Part shown: in pieces, positions 24,395-39,600 of the stretch
Layout of the letters: every line of letters begins with the position of its first letter
Position numbering within the stretch: the first letter of the stretch is position 1
Origin: Felis catus
Taxonomy: Eukaryota
Direction of reading: 5' to 3'
Assembly (NCBI RefSeq): GCF_018350175.1
Contig: NC_058368.1
Coordinates: 156,428,001 to 156,492,000, forward strand
Length of the DNA stretch: 64,000 bases
Position numbers and translations under genes: made by a program
The notes under the pieces: model-generated
Databases searched by the model: none
What the model saw: the letters and a program-made list of their open reading frames with translations, nothing else
What the model was told of the DNA's origin: nothing

Positions 24395-27300
24395 CTGAAT
24401 AAGAAATTAACACATCAGCAATCTGAGCACTTGATACTTTTTTCAAGCAAAGATTAAAATAAATGTGATTCTAACCCACACTCTGGACTAGGGATCTAGT
24501 AAGACTGCATTTCTCTCTGGAATAGAAGGCAATTGTAGTAGACTGTCAGAGGACACAGGTTAGTCACAATCTGCTGAGTTTCATGAAAGCAGGGCCCAGG
24601 TAAACAAGGCTTGCCACCAACCCCTCCAGATTGTCCCAGGTGACTTCAGGGCCTCAAGGTGCACTAGACTCCTAGGTGGTTAAAAAAAAATTTTTTTAAA
24701 TAGGTTTTTCTGCTTTTAAAACTAGTAGCCAATCTTGTTTTCTCCAAAATTTCATAGAGGAGAATGCCCCTGGGCCTACCATTCTTTCTTCTGTCAACTC
24801 ACACTGGATTCCCGACACTGGAAATAAAATGTCAGCAATTGTCTGTAGACTTAAATCTTACACTGTTGTGTAAATCCTCTTGAGTTTAGAATTCCTTCGA
24901 GAAATACTCACTTTTCACTTCAGCTATGTTTCAAATGTAACTAGAAGTCAGGAAGGGGGAACAGAGCAGTTAGATTTGTAAAAATTCACCTGCCATCCTT
25001 GCCCTTCCCAGAAATACAGAGATAATTAAGAAATAAAGTCAGTAGTGACTCCTATTCTCCCTGTATTATTTCTGGCAAAGGAAAGCACATGGTAGATTTG
25101 TTGGAAAGACTGAAAATGGAGTGTAAGCTGGCAAAGTGGGTTACAGCAGGGCCTGCCTGATGGGTCTGCAATGTTCCCATCCTGCTGCTGATTGATAATG
25201 TAGAGGGGTCAGGGAAGGCTGCAAGACTGAATGTTGACAGTGAGATAACATCAGAACAAAGAACAAAAACAGGATCGGTGAGGAAAAGTAGAAGAAGTTA
25301 CAAAAAAGACAGTATGAGGAAGATGGGGAGGAATGTGGTGGGACAAAAAAGAAAATGACAGAGAAGTTTAAAAAGATGTAGAAAAGCAGGGAAATCGAAC
25401 ATGGAAATATTGCAATAGTTCAGGATTCTTTGTGTAGAAATTCTGTAGTGAATCTCACGGTTTTTAATGGAGAATGGCAAAATAATAACGGAACCATTGC
25501 ATGGAGTCCACAATGTTGGGCATATAATTATGTCACCGTTTACAAGCATACAACTGCCTCAACAACCAGCCTCTGAGGAGGAACTAACACATACTGTTGA
25601 GTGACACTTTACTGCAGTTTAATGAAAAAAGCAAAAAAGATACCTATGTTCAGAGCCTAGATTCTGCCATTTGACTAGACAAATCAACCTTTCTGTGCCT
25701 CAACTTCCCCCTTTAAAAATGAGGACAGCTGTCACTGTGGTGGACTGATACTGATGGCAACGCATTTATGTGAATCAAAGTGATATTTTTAGAGCTAATC
25801 AACTCTAGTAGTCTATTGCAGTGACAAGGGCGCCAAAGACACTTCAGGAAAATATGAAATTATACATGATAGGGATAAATGTGAATGTTTTTAATTTTCT
25901 CTAATTTCCTGATAATGTATGTTATATGCACTTGGAGTGGGGTTTGTCCAGGGCAGTTTTTGCTCCTATAAAGGATGATTAAGAGATTTTCTTCCTATAT
26001 TTCCCCTCGGCATAACACTGAGGTGTGAATCCTTAGCTTTGTGGGCATATACCTTGCCTTTTGTCTGTCTAGGGTCAAATGTTTCCTAAAAATGCTTTTT
26101 TTTTTTTTTTTTCTAGTAAAAGAGGCACAATGAAATCAATCTGGTTGTCTTGTTTTCAGTAACTCTTGGGGTCTGGCTTTTCTCTTTGTTTCCTCCCCTG
26201 GCCAGAGTGAGCACCCTGTTTCACTGTCACCTGGTAAAGGATCGTGCCTTCCTTTCTTCACTGACACCTGTGCTTCCCTTGGTTCTGCCCATGTGTGGAG
26301 AGAACAGAAGGCTGAGGAGGGTCTGCTCGTTTTCCTGGGGCTCAGCTCAGAGCCATGCATCAGCACACCTCAGTGTGCAAGAGCACTGGCTCTTCAGTGA
26401 GAAAACCCTCCTTCTGGGCAGCCTCCTGAAGGGCTCCCTGTGTTCTCCTTTCTCCTTTTGGAAGGATAAATGGCAAGGAATCGCTACCAGTGTAGCTAAT
26501 GTCAGAAAAAAAGACTGCCCTTTTCTAAATCCACAGTGCATCATGAAAACTAAATCTAGAATATGATCTTTCCCCAAAAAAGATGCAATTCAAGAAAGTT
26601 CTGGAATGATTATTTAGTAACAAGATGTGGTAATTATAGAGGCTTTTCACTTTTTACTTAATGATTGCTTCTGAATCTGCCTTCTGAATAGATGCATTTT
26701 ATCTCGTGTGACCCCAGGGGACCTTCTCTTTTTTAATATTCAAAAAATTGTGCAGGCAAGATGGCTTCTATAAGACTTACTGGATCCTATGCCTGTTTCT
26801 GTACCTCAGCCTATACCTATACCTCTGTCTATACCTGTGGAAAGTTCCATAAAACTCAGTTTTTCCCAAGGCTGTTCCACAGCCAGGATCTGGTCATATC
26901 CTCCAACTGGCTCTGATGTTTTCCAACCAAGCATCTGAGGTCCCCAACCACCTAGAGTTACAAAGAAGCCTTTTCCTCTCAGGCATAAATTTGCCTGACC
27001 TCAGAGCTGACCCAGTGTCTTTATGGTATAAATGAAATACTTCCATCAGGTATCAACACATAGTGTACCTCAGAGAAAGGACAACACTCAAAAGGGAAAT
27101 GCCCTATTTAATTTAGGACTTCACACTATGCTCCAGTGGAAAGGGTGTGCAGAACAAAGGAACATTCTTAGAAATGGAAATAACATGGAGAGGAAGAAGA
27201 AAAAATGTGGGACTTGGTCTTCAGATGTCTGAGACTAAAGGCTGCTGTACATTTGGAGTAAAGGGGAAGCTATTCTAATATGATATAAAAAATGGAAACT

Positions 27301-28357
27301 CAGCACCTATGCATAAGTGAAAATGTATTAAAAAATTATACAAAATAAAATGCATTATTCCTTGAAACATGAAAAGCACTAGGTGAATGACTCACACCTT
27401 TAGTTTAAATAATTTACTCCTTTCAAATGTGTATGCCCAAGGATTCATATCTGTAGAACACTTCTGGTGAATAATAATATGAATAATAATGAATAGATAC
27501 ATGAAACTAGAAAATGTAGGTTTATCCAGATAACAGCACCCCTTGAATAGACTATTTAGCAATCATTATGTAGGCCAATTTTCACATACTTTAGTAGTAT
27601 GGAACCTTAGTATATTTTTAACTGGTCATTAAGACTTATAAATCCACATCATTGGATTTATAGACAGTTGTTTTTAAAAGTTCATTAGTAAATAAAACTA
27701 TTGCAAGTAAAACACAAGTAATGTAAAATTCACAAGAGTATTCTTAATATAAGAAAATTATATTCTTAATTTTATATTAGCTTTCAATGAAGCTCTATTT
27801 ATTTTTTTAATTAGGAAAGGTAATTCCTTTTTTAAGAATTATTAAAACTATTAGTTTATTTCATCTGTAATTATGATCTCAACTATTTAAATAGACAAGT
27901 TAAAAAATATTTTTGCAGAGTGCTCTATAAAATATGATTTTTTTTTAGAGTTACTCGATGACAATATGTCAACCTATAATAAAATGAAGATGTGTCTTGA
28001 TTACCTGAAATTCTCATCTAGTTTGGTTTATTTTTTTCCTATCACGATTTCATATTCCATTTAAGAACAAAGTCTTTCACTGTGAAAATGTGCTAAAATT
28101 TAGGACGGTGTTATTTCTTCAAAGCTACAAGTAGGACTTCTTTCCAACCAATATGTTCTAAATTTCAGGAAGGAAATTGACAGAACTTTCAGAAAACCAA
28201 AGACTGGCAGAAACAAAGTAAATAATGATGAAACTGAGCAATAGATCACCCAGAAGGAGTATCCCCTGCCAAAAAGAATGTGGCATTTCACCCTCTGAGA
28301 AACAAATGGACACTCTGTCCCACAGAAGGTCAGGGCTCACATGTCAGCATCACTCAC

Positions 28358-28467
28358 TTCTTTATCCTTTCGCCAAAGGAAGCCACTTCATCTAGGATGT
28401 TCTGGACACTGATACAAACCTCCTGGATGGCATAGATTTTATTTATAAATCCCTTTTTTTCACTGTC
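28358..28467 (-). CDS. MCTP1: MCTP1 exon ([36 protein letters not shown](N))
   Basis: 110 nt; acceptor gtattttAG, donor GTgagt; the split codon AA|T joins the next exon. Confidence 0.96.
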
Positions 28468-30199
28468 CTAAAATACAATTAAGAAAAAAGAGAGATTCTG
28501 TGTGAGTAACGGTACTCTTCAGTGCTTGAATTCTTGAATTGTCCCTCTCTTACATTTTTAAACTTAAATAAGCTTCATCTCTGTGTATATATAAATGGAT
28601 GCTTGGAACTGATAAAAATATCAGGGTGTAAAGGGAGATGGAGGACGAGGGGCATCCAGCATCATGGACCTATGCCAACATAAAGGTAGTTGCAAAGCAA
28701 GAGACTCCAATTCTGTTGATTTTGCCCTGATGAACAGAAACATTTTAGCCAGAGTTGGGGGGTGGGGGTGGGGAAGGATGTAAAGGTGTAGGAGAGAGGG
28801 CAGGTCTCAGAATAACCAAATCCGGAAGACCTGTGAGCAATGAAAACTGAAAGGGGGAAAAAAAAAAAAAAAAAAAAAGACAAGGTCAATGGAAACTAAT
28901 CAAGTAAACACTTCCTAAGTAGTAGTTTAGGAAAATCAGATGCAAAGTAAGCCTGGCCCATCTCTTAAGTATAACAGTCCATACCTGATGCAATAGCATA
29001 TGCTATTTTCGGGTTCTAACTAAACATTTCCCCCCCTCTTTGTACTTCGTTCTTCATTTTAAAACTTGTCCTGGTTTTAAGCAGAGCTAGTGTGCTCCAG
29101 GGAATGGGTGGGTGGGATTGAGTGTAAAGCACCCAGAGAATGGTGTGAGCCTGGGGGAAATGTGCACATTTTGTAATTTTAGACCCAGAGGAAGAAATAG
29201 TGGTGGCCTTTCACGATTGAAATTTCTGCTTAGTAGCCTGGCATCACAGGCACTTGCCTAGGCTGTTTGGTGGAGACCATCCAACCCTGATTCCATGACT
29301 CCATTCCTCCATGCCAGCTTGAATATCTATGGAAATGTAGATCCAATTTCATTACTTTAACTTCTTTTGAACACTTCCACACTGTGCCAGAACACTTGAG
29401 ACCTCATGTGGCAGTCAGTGCTTGCTGAAAGCAGCCAGAAAGCTAGAATAATAATGTCGTCATGTTGCACATTTACATACTGACTTTCACTTTAGAAAAG
29501 TCTCAAGCACTTTGCACTGTGAACATGGCTGGGCTGGCATCCTGCCACCTTAGAAACTGAGGGCAAGTGAATGACAGGTGTATCTGCAGCCCCCAAGAAC
29601 AACAGGCTACAGTGGGACTGAGGATATGGAGGCCAGTTTTAAACATGATCTTTAGATAAAAGTTACTTAGAGCTGTCATTTTAAATTTAATTCCCATGGG
29701 AGATATTGTCTTCATTATTCATTTGGCTTATATCAAGATAGACTGTCCAGACAATAAGGTAGATGCGATGCATAAGGCTCAAAGTAGACAGAACAATTAA
29801 GTACTCTCAAGGTCCCCACTGTCTTCAAAAGCCACCCTTCACTTACCATTACAGACATGAACGCATCAATTTCTTGTCTTGTTTCCCTCCCCAGTAATAA
29901 AACAAAGTCCATTAATTTCACTTCTGCAATTGTACACTTTAGAAAAAAATGGATATCCAGTGGCTCCTTCTGTTATTTCCTAATTACAAAGTTGGTCTGT
30001 TCTAATCATCTCTATGGCCTTCAGTGTTTTCTCTCTCAAACACCGGCTAAATTCATTTATCTCTATGAAATAAAGTGCTCTTACAAGTATTTTTCTGCAC
30101 ACAGAATAAATCAAGCTAGAATCGAAGAAGGCTGGTTGCACAATCAAAATTCATTGAGAATAATGTCTTACCAGTTTGAAATGATCATGTGAAAAAATA

Positions 30200-31340
30200 C
30201 TTTTCACAATAGCAATAAAATCCACAATCACTTAAGCATAACATTAATAAGATACGTACAGAATCTACATAAAGAAAAGAGAGATACTGTGTTTCTGCAC
30301 TGGAACAGTGATTATTAAAAGAATGTATTCTTTTCTTCTGTTGAACATACAAGTTTAGTGCATTTTCAAGCAAATTCTAATGTGTTTGGAATGCAGTGAA
30401 ATGGGGAGAATTTGATAAATTTGTTTGGAAAAATAAATTGAGTGTTATAGCCAAGAAATTTTTGCAAAAGAGAAACAATGAGAAGGCATTTATTGTACCA
30501 GATATTTAAGTAATTAAAATATGAAAGATGAACAGTGAAAGAGAGATTGTTGAATGATAAAGCACCGCATAAATCCACCATAAAGATGAAAGCAGTATGT
30601 TACTGGGTACTTGTGTCAACTATTTGTGGAAAATTATGTTAAATCCTACCTCAACAGACTCTCAAATCTACTTGAGATAGCCCAATTCTACTCAGATCTA
30701 CCTCAAATAGCCACAAATACATTCTAGATTAATTAAAAAGCAAAACAACTAAAGGTGAATTATAAAAATAGAAGAAAATGTAGGTAAGTTATTTAGTGAC
30801 CTTGGAACAGGAAATAACTTTTTAAACATACAAGCAGTAAAGGAAGTCACAACAATAATTGGTGGCAAAAGTTACATAAAATAAGAAACTTATTCTGTCA
30901 AAAATCCTCATAAATTTAAAAGGCTAAATGGGAAAAAATTTGCAACAAATATGACACATCAACGGATGGGATTTCCAGTATACTCAATATTGGAAATGTT
31001 GGTCTGAAAAGACCTTCATTGCAGTTTTTTTATTATAACAAAAAGAAAAGAAAAAACAGTGACATGTTTTGTGGAATTACTTATAGCACAAACAACTGAC
31101 ATACTACTATGAAATTACAAAATATTAAAGAGAATATTTAATGGCAACAAAAATGCTTATGACCAAATAGATATGGGGGGAGAGGTAAATGTGAGATAAA
31201 GTATAATAACTTTTTTTGAAATGGGTGGGTTGGAAAAAAGATGAAGAGAATGTGCCAAAATATTACAGGTAATAGAAGTTACCTCCTATAATATTAATAA
31301 TTCTTAGCAATTAATGCTTTACTTTTATTTCACTGATTTC
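30200..31340 (+). mobile_element. Ancient L1 (L1ME-like) 3' relic
   Basis: A-rich; aatcctacctca, gaagaaaatgtaggt...tgaccttgga, aaaaaatttgcaacaaatatgaca. Confidence 0.65.
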
Positions 31341-34300
31341 CTCCAATATCATAATTGAAGGAACATGAGTAGAAGAAATAAAGGAATTGATACTCATTGA
31401 GCATGATTTTAGGTGGTTTCTCTATTTTTTCTTAATATATATTTTTTGTATTCTTATATCTGTTTTAAATTATTTTTAGAAAGAAGTACAAGATAAATAC
31501 ACACATTAAGCATTATCATGTGTTTTTCAACATGGCTCATTCAATCTTCATAACGTCATCCTACAATGTAGCTTTTTCTTCCACTCTACTGAAGAAGAAA
31601 GGAAGGATTGAGAAAAGTGACAACTTGGATTAGGACTATGATAGGCCAACTGCAAAGTTTATTCTCTCCATAATATACCATGTTACCTTACCATCCTATC
31701 CAGGAAGGTTTCATTTCCTACCCAGAATTCCAGTGTAATAAAAAAGAACAAAAGACTTGAAAACATTTAGGAACTTATATTGTAGTCACCATGACCAGCA
31801 AGATAATAAAGTCAGGAAACTTGATTCAACAGTAGGAAGTGAAAGATGTGTTAGAAACCACCAGATGTAATGTCAATAATGCAGTGTGTAAATCTTAAAT
31901 ACTGGATCTTTGTTAGTAAGATGTGTCACTGAAAGCATGTACAAAGTCTTCTTAGTAGATACTTTAAAATTGATGTGCTGGTCTATGATTACTGGCTAAA
32001 GAGTTTTAAAAATCTGCTCACTCTTAATTTTCTGTTTTTTCTCTACTCCTACCCTACTACCCAACCCCTCATCCCCAAACACAAAAAAAAAACAAAATAA
32101 GATGGCCTGTAATGTTGACAAAGTTTTGAAAAGCAAATGCTTTGGGATAAAATTTTTATTTTAAAATCTCTTTCATCAAGTCCTATATTCCTCCACTGTG
32201 GTCCCCAACCAATGAAGTAATTACTCTTTATATACAGTATATGACCCAAAACTGCAATGGGTAATGGAATTGCTCTGTGTTGCATTCCAATATTTCACAC
32301 TTTTTTCACTAATGTTCAATACTTTATTAGTAGAGAATAAATTGGTACATTTCTTTTATTGTCGTTTTTGCTTTCCTTTATAAACCAGCTTGGATGAAAG
32401 AAATATCATAGGGTAGTTAATCATCCAAAGGCTTGGTAGTGACACTGGTTGGTTTTTTTTTTTTTTTTAATGCATTATTAAGGTTTCTTTTGAAGATGTA
32501 AAAAAAAAAATTACCCATAAAAAAAAAGCTATAACTATAAATCTGAGAACATGTGAGATTTATATCATACAACTTTTTCTAATGGCTCTATATAATTTTT
32601 AAAAATCTTATTATATTTTAAATAGTCCACACAACATAAATAACTGCAAACTTGAAATACAGTGATTCTTTCATATTCACCTATTTTATGATCACATATC
32701 ACGACAGGAAGTTAACTAGATTTTTCTACAGAAGTATCTACTTCCTCGCTTTGAAATATTTAGGAATATCTAAAGACCTAAAGAATCAATAGGAGTACAT
32801 TACATATTTAGAGAATCCTGTCCAGTGACTTTCAAACCAAAATGACAAGTGCCCCATTCATGGGTCCTATTGTGAATGGGAACAAGAACCCAAAGTGATA
32901 GGTGTTGGGGGATATGTATTGTGTGGCTGGACTCTCCATGTATCCAGCTGCATCCTGTCATAGTCACGAATGCTATTTGGGGGCCCGGCCAAAGTAGTCA
33001 TTGTCAGCCCTGTTGACGTGATGGAAAATGGATGTGTTGAACACCTGTACTATATTGGTCACAACAAGTATGTAGAATATGTTTGGTCAAAATATTTGTT
33101 ATAAAATTAATACTATTTCAATTACTTTCTAGAGTGAAAGAATGTCTTGAGAGTGCAAAGGGGCAGCTATTAAATCTTATGCCAAGAGAAGCATAGAATG
33201 GAACTGACCCAGCCAGCAATCTGGGACGTATGATCAACTTACCTATTATTTCCTGGATGAAGCATTCAGATATACCACCCCAAAGAGCTCATCTTGATTA
33301 TAATTTTGCTTTTCCTTTAAAGTCGTGCTATGTAACCTCTGGTAAAGGGTGAGTGATAAGATTGATATTTGCTATGAGACAGAATTGTTATAGTTTACAG
33401 CTTTTCTGTGAGCAAATAGAGTCTCACATAGCACAGGGTGTACAACTGTGTTTGGAATACATCTTGTGTTTCATGTGATTTATTTTTTATGCTAAAGATG
33501 GTTTGGGTTCCCAACTTGCTTGGTTCATTCAGTAAAATGCCCTGCAAAACTCCTCTCAGAGCTACACTTCTAACTTAAGGAAAATATATTAGAAATGAGA
33601 TATAGATTGAATAAAGACACACAAGGTGATGAAATATTTTCTCTGTGCCAATGTTCCTTCTTTTTCAGATAGAGAAAACTATGTTTCAGCCCCAAATCAA
33701 GAATACTGAAATTCTCACAGCAGCTTGGCAAGTCAGAGACCCTTTCCTACTGAGTTGTATCTCCGTGTGTTACTCAGTTTTTATTATATCAAATCTTACC
33801 CAGGTTACTTAATGCCTTGGCTCTTTAACTCATATTAACCTTAATAATAAGAACCCTCCATTGAGACATTAAAGGATTCTGAGATAATGTTTAAGGTTAA
33901 GAGGACAGATGTATACCAGTTAAGACAGTATATTTTTCTCTTAAAAAATAAAAGTTCTCTAAAACATTTACATTTCAGAGTTCTAAAGAGGACTAAATTA
34001 AATAAGACATGTAGAGCTCTTAGCATAATGCCTGTACAAATAAACTGTCTATAATTATTATTGATAGTAGTAGTAATAATAAAGTTATGGACACGGTTTC
34101 TTATTAAAAGAATTTAAATTATCTGTTTTTGCTTATAGTAAAAACAAAATTTTGAAATAATAGACAGAATTCCCTAAAATATGCAACCTTTTTATGCATG
34201 ATTAGTTTTGCCCCAGATGACTTAGTGTTAACTTGTCAAATTCCATTTTTGAAAATGATGGTAGATCTTTATAATGTTACACAGAGACCATCTTCCACCA

Positions 34301-35900
34301 CCACCACCCCCCACTTCCGCTGCCCCTGAACATGTTTTTTTTTGCAGAATGAACATTTACCTGGTCTTCATTTTTTGCCTCTTCTCTTGCAAGGTAGCCC
34401 TATGCTTTTCAGTACTCGCTTTCTACAATGCAATTTTTAATTGCATTTAGTTGTGCCTTGCCCTGTTAGTTTAATGTTATACATTTTGCCTGTAACTTTA
34501 CAATTGATTGTAAAGTAACAGAAATTTAGAGAGAAATGGCTCCTGGGCTAGGCAATGTAAACAACAGGCATTTTTTAAATGGCAGCTAAGATTCCTAAGA
34601 ATTATGATGAAAGCCAGCAAGGAAGGGAAAACAATAGGAGAAAAGCAACAGAGGTGATAGGAGAAAAAAAGAAAAAGAAGAAGGAGAGAGAAGGAGAATG
34701 AGGGCAAGAGAAAGTAGAGGAGGGACTCAGAGATACTCTAAGGCCTTGAAGGAGGATGGAGCATGGGGATCATAAGTATGGGGATGAACATGAAGAAAGG
34801 AAGGGAAACATCTTTGATCATAAATACAAAAGACATAAAACCAAAGTACAAGCAAAACTTGTTGCCTGTGTTAACTCTCAATTAAGCAAAAATAATTATT
34901 GTAGAAGTCTGCACATAAATGTTTAATTTTCATTAAATGTAAACATAAACCTTACAGAAAGCACCCAGGGATGCACGTATATAAGGGTAGTCAAGAAGGA
35001 GAGTTCCCCCAAATTCCTTGCAACTCAAACCCCTCATCTATAGGCCCTAAGGGACTTGCAAATCTCCCTCTTCCTAATGATTTAAGAAAATTCCTTATAA
35101 CTGTCCTGCTAGTGCTTGAAAGCTCTTAAAAGATTAGGACTATATATCAATATCAAAACCTTTGACTTAATCTCCTTGCCAGCAGGCAGGAAGTGTACTT
35201 TCTAGAGAGCAGCTTTATAGATTATGCCATCTCAGGCTTTTGTCCCATGGGAAACTGCTCTCAGATGGACTCCCAAGTGAAAGGGCCAGTAGGCCTGGCT
35301 CCAGGCTAACCTTTATAGAAGGCACATCAGAAGCTGTGAGGTTCCTGTTCCCAAATAACCAGGAAAATAAGTGGCAAAGGATACTTTCACCCAGAACAGT
35401 ACAATACACGTTTTGAGATAAGAATTTGTAGGCCTCACAGAATTTTCTGTAAAGTCAAAACAGATTGTGGAAAAGTTTTGAAAATGGGAGGGCACACGCA
35501 GGATTATAGTGACCTAGGACAAGTCACTTCATGTCCTTAGACCTCATTTGAAAACCAAAACCAAACCAAAACAAATGAAAAACCCACACAAAATATTTAA
35601 ATAAAATGTGTCCTCAAATCCCTTCTGGTTCCAAACCAGCCATATTAGAGAGACAGTAAGAGTTGGGGTTTAGTTTTCTGCCCCTCAGAGTTCTTTGAGA
35701 GCTAATGTGAGGACCTGGCTGGTGGTGGAGTTTATCCTGCTCTTTGTATGGGTTTAGTGGTTGGAGCTTAAGTGACAATAGCAAACAGAAGCACCTAGCT
35801 TGTTTCTAAATCCAAATAGCAAATGCCACTCTAGCTTTTCTTTACCTTAACTTGTAATGAAAAAGTTGGGTGTATGTGTGTTTTAAAAAGTCTCTTTTGA

Positions 35901-36021
35901 GGCACCTGGGTGGCTCAGTTGGTTGAGTGTCTGACTATTGATTTTTGCTCAGGTCATGATCCCAAGGTCGTGAGACTGGGCCCTGCATGGGGCTCTGCAC
36001 TGATTGTGGAACCTGCTTAAG

Positions 36022-36081
<60 letters not shown>

Positions 36082-36128
36082 TCTGCCTCTATTCCTTGCT
36101 TGCGCTCTGTCTCTCTCAAATTAATAAT
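35901..36128 (+). mobile_element. CanSINE with expanded (CT)n
   Basis: SINE head; pure CT repeat at about 36024-36077; TSD tctcttttga at 35891 and 36131. Confidence 0.92.
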
Positions 36129-36309
36129 ACTCTCTTTTGAAATTGTTTCTTTTATTTTCAAAATGTGTGTTTAAATAAGATTGGAATTCAAATGCAGAGC
36201 TGAGAGGGCAACTGAGAATTTAGAGAAGGCTGTGACCTCCTTATTCTACTCGACCACAATCTGATTTAGAAGATCAGACTTCTGACTAACTGGCTCCATT
36301 GCTAAGCCT

Positions 36310-36510
36310 GGTCAAATCCTGCCTTCAGTATTTCCTTAGCTACGTGGTTTTGAGCAATTTACTTACCTTCATCCTTAAAGTGGGGGTAACGATGGAACCC
36401 ACTTTCATGATGGTTACAGAATTGAATGAGCCTAATCCATTTAAAGCATTCACCATTAATGTCTGGCACATAGGAAGTGCTCAATACCTGTTAGCCGTTA
36501 ATATTATTAA
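36310..36510 (+). mobile_element. MIR
   Basis: caaatcctgcctt...gtctggcacataggaagtgctcaata. Confidence 0.7.
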
Positions 36511-39019
36511 CAATTTGATGAACTTGACAAAGAAAATACAATAAAACTTTCAAATGCTAATTGTATTAAATCTTTGTAAAGATGACAGAGTTTTCTCCCC
36601 TCTTATTTATATATCTAATATAACCATAGATTATCTTAAATATATCATCCCATAAGGTCCTTACAACAGTCACACTAGGAAGATAGGTATTACTATTCTC
36701 ATTCCCTACACGAGAAAACTAAAGACCAGTCACTTGACGTCCTACCTCAAACTTCTATCCCAGTCTATGCTCCCTCTTCGTTGGTGCCTATAGCCATATC
36801 AGTTCTCATGTGAGATACGGGATTTGAAAAATTAGCAGGGAGTTCATCGGTTTATAGTATTTCCCACCCACTGAAAGTTGTGCATCCTCCGTAGGCCAAA
36901 GCTAGTCATACTCAAGCAGGGCGCACACCTTTTTGTCGTGTGATTTGTATCTGTCAGTGTTGATGCAGGCAAAATTTCCCATTAGAATCGGTGATTGGTT
37001 CTTCAGCAAGCCTCATGGCTCAATCAGAGCCAGAATGTATTATTTAATCTTAAATAGTGCAAGCTTTGTTGCTAATCTACCTACTAGCACAGTTTTTAGT
37101 AACAACTTAAAAATTCTTTTTATTATATATACAAAAAAGCATATACATAAAGGTGTGGAAGCCACAAAGAATTTTTTCTTGAATAGATTTGTTATAAAAA
37201 TAATCATTTACCATTATGTAGGACTTTAAAGTTTATAAAACATTTTAAATTTATCTTCCCACTTGGATGGCAGGGGCAAGCGAATCTTCCATTTCACAGA
37301 TAAGCAGACTGAGGCTTGGAGATGACCTCATCACTGGTTAAAAAGAGTTCCTAGGATTTTAACCCATGTCTCCTGACTGAAATTGGGCTCCTTTCAGGTC
37401 ACTGTCAGAAAGCCATCAAGTCACATGTGGTATTTCTTCACTGCACTGTTTTAGGTATTTAAACTTGGCTCTTCCCAAAAACGAATCTTGAGTTATAATC
37501 AAATTGTGTGAGAAAAGAATTATATTAGTATTATAAAAACAATGCTCTTTGTGACATCTCCAAAACCAAGTAAGGATTACTTTGTGAAATCCGGAGGCTA
37601 TCTTTCTTTACAAATATTTTACAAGACAAACTTGTACCTTTCTAAAAAACCACATCTGTTGTAAATTACCCCCTTGCAGAAAGAGCGAGAATCGCCATCC
37701 TTTCTTTCCCATCTGAGCTTAAAAGAGATTTGTTGACATACTCGAAGGCCAGCATAGACAAAACAGCACAGGAAAGAGGAGGCGGTCACCAGGACCAGGG
37801 CTCGGCTTTGCTTAAACTAATTCCACATGCCCCATGAACCATTAGCTGTTTTTTATTTCCTGCTCTAAAGATCTGTAGTGAAAATAATCTGGGGTAGGGA
37901 AAAGCTGCACTTATTATTTTTTTCCCTCAACAAGATGCTGTGTTAGCAAATAGAACATATGAGCCACCTTCAGCAAACCAAGGTCTTTAATAATCCATTT
38001 TTCAAACACTACTGGTATTTCCTTTCCAAACAAAGATGGACTGTGACTGGAATCAATTTCATTATTTGTATGGTACAATTGCCAAGTTTCTGTAAATAAT
38101 AGCCATTTAAATACTGGATAATATTTTTTATATGAATCCAACAACAGTTTTATTGCTATTTAATTTCCATGATTTGTTTGTTTGCTCTAAGTTTTCAGTG
38201 TTCTGAGAGCATGATGTTTGGGGATAGCTGTCTTAAGAATGGCTCCGGAAAAAAGCAATGTTAGAGTCATACTGGTACTTGAATCAACCAAACAAGGGAC
38301 ATTAAAATTAGGAAAAAATGATTTGCTCTACCATTTTGGGCTTTTCTCCCTCAGTTTCCCTATAAACTGCACAGTATAACATCACCTCTTGGTGTTGTTT
38401 CAGACCTTGGCATAATATAGGAAATCAAGGATAATATTGAGAACTCACTGGTCCCCATTAACATGATAATGGAGCTCTTCAATGAAATTTGACAAAACAG
38501 AGGTGATGGCACAAATAAAGGCCTGGTGAATTTGAAGGGAACTGGGCCATCTTTCTCTATTGATGCCATATGTAGCACATACCTGAATAAAACTTCATGC
38601 TCTATGGGATGCTGCTGATATATGGGGTGGGCCTATCCCCTAACCCCCTTCCTTACTGCAGACTAAATCACTAAAACAGGCTCATTCTGAGGTCAACCTG
38701 GAAGAAAACACCAGAGGCCCACTGTACTGAGCTGATGGCAGTATTTTTATTTACTTAGTTGTGTGGATCGTGATCTGTCTTGCGATTCACGTAGGAGGAG
38801 GGGAGAGTAGTGGGAAGGGCAAGAAAAACTTGGGAACTGATTTGAAAAAGCATCTCCAATTCTTTCACTGGGGATGGCCACTGGGTGAAGAGGATAAAGT
38901 AAGTGCTTCAGGAACTGTGTATATATCTGCATTTAAAGCTGCTCCATTTAAAATAAAAGTACCATGGGCATGAATTGAAACAATGATGTACTTTCCTGAG
39001 CTGGTCCTACTCAGACAGA

Positions 39020-39200
39020 TGGCAGGCTTGAATCCTGTTGTACATTTTACAAGCTTGTGATTTTAAATAAGTTAACCTCTCAGATCCTTAGTTTCCCCAA
39101 CAGTAAAATGGAGATAATGTCTCTACCTGATAGAGCTGATGTGGGAACAGAATGAAATCATGTATATAAGGCAACTGGCACATTAGTGGATATTAAATAA
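39020..39200 (+). mobile_element. MIR
   Basis: aagttaacctctcag...agtttcccc...gtaaaatggagataat. Confidence 0.75.
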
Positions 39201-39600
39201 AGGTGCTTTCTCGTCCCTCCTAACGATCTTTCTTGCCAATGGGTAACATTTTCCTTTCTGGCCTAGTTTTCTCTCTTTCTCTTATTTTCCTTCCTTTTTC
39301 ATGGATTTTGTATTTAGAAGTCTGATTATCATTCATTCACATCATCTCCCCATTGGAGCGGTGTTCAGCTTAGCCCAAGCTCAGTCCATTCTTTTTATTC
39401 ATTTATTCAATAAATATTTGCTGAATCTCACCTGCATATCAGACACTATTCTAGGCTCTGGGGATAGCACCAAACAAAGATAGAAATGAAGACAAAATAG
39501 CAGAAAATGACAAGTGCCATGAAGAGACTCAAAACAGATACATGTCCTAGACAGTTGGGGAGTGACCCAGCAGGTTGGGACGGGTGCGGGAGGGTGAACC

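Noticed and set aside
26150..26566. 138-aa ORF in an MCTP1 intron
   Set aside because: Non-ATG start, no recognisable domain and no splice context.
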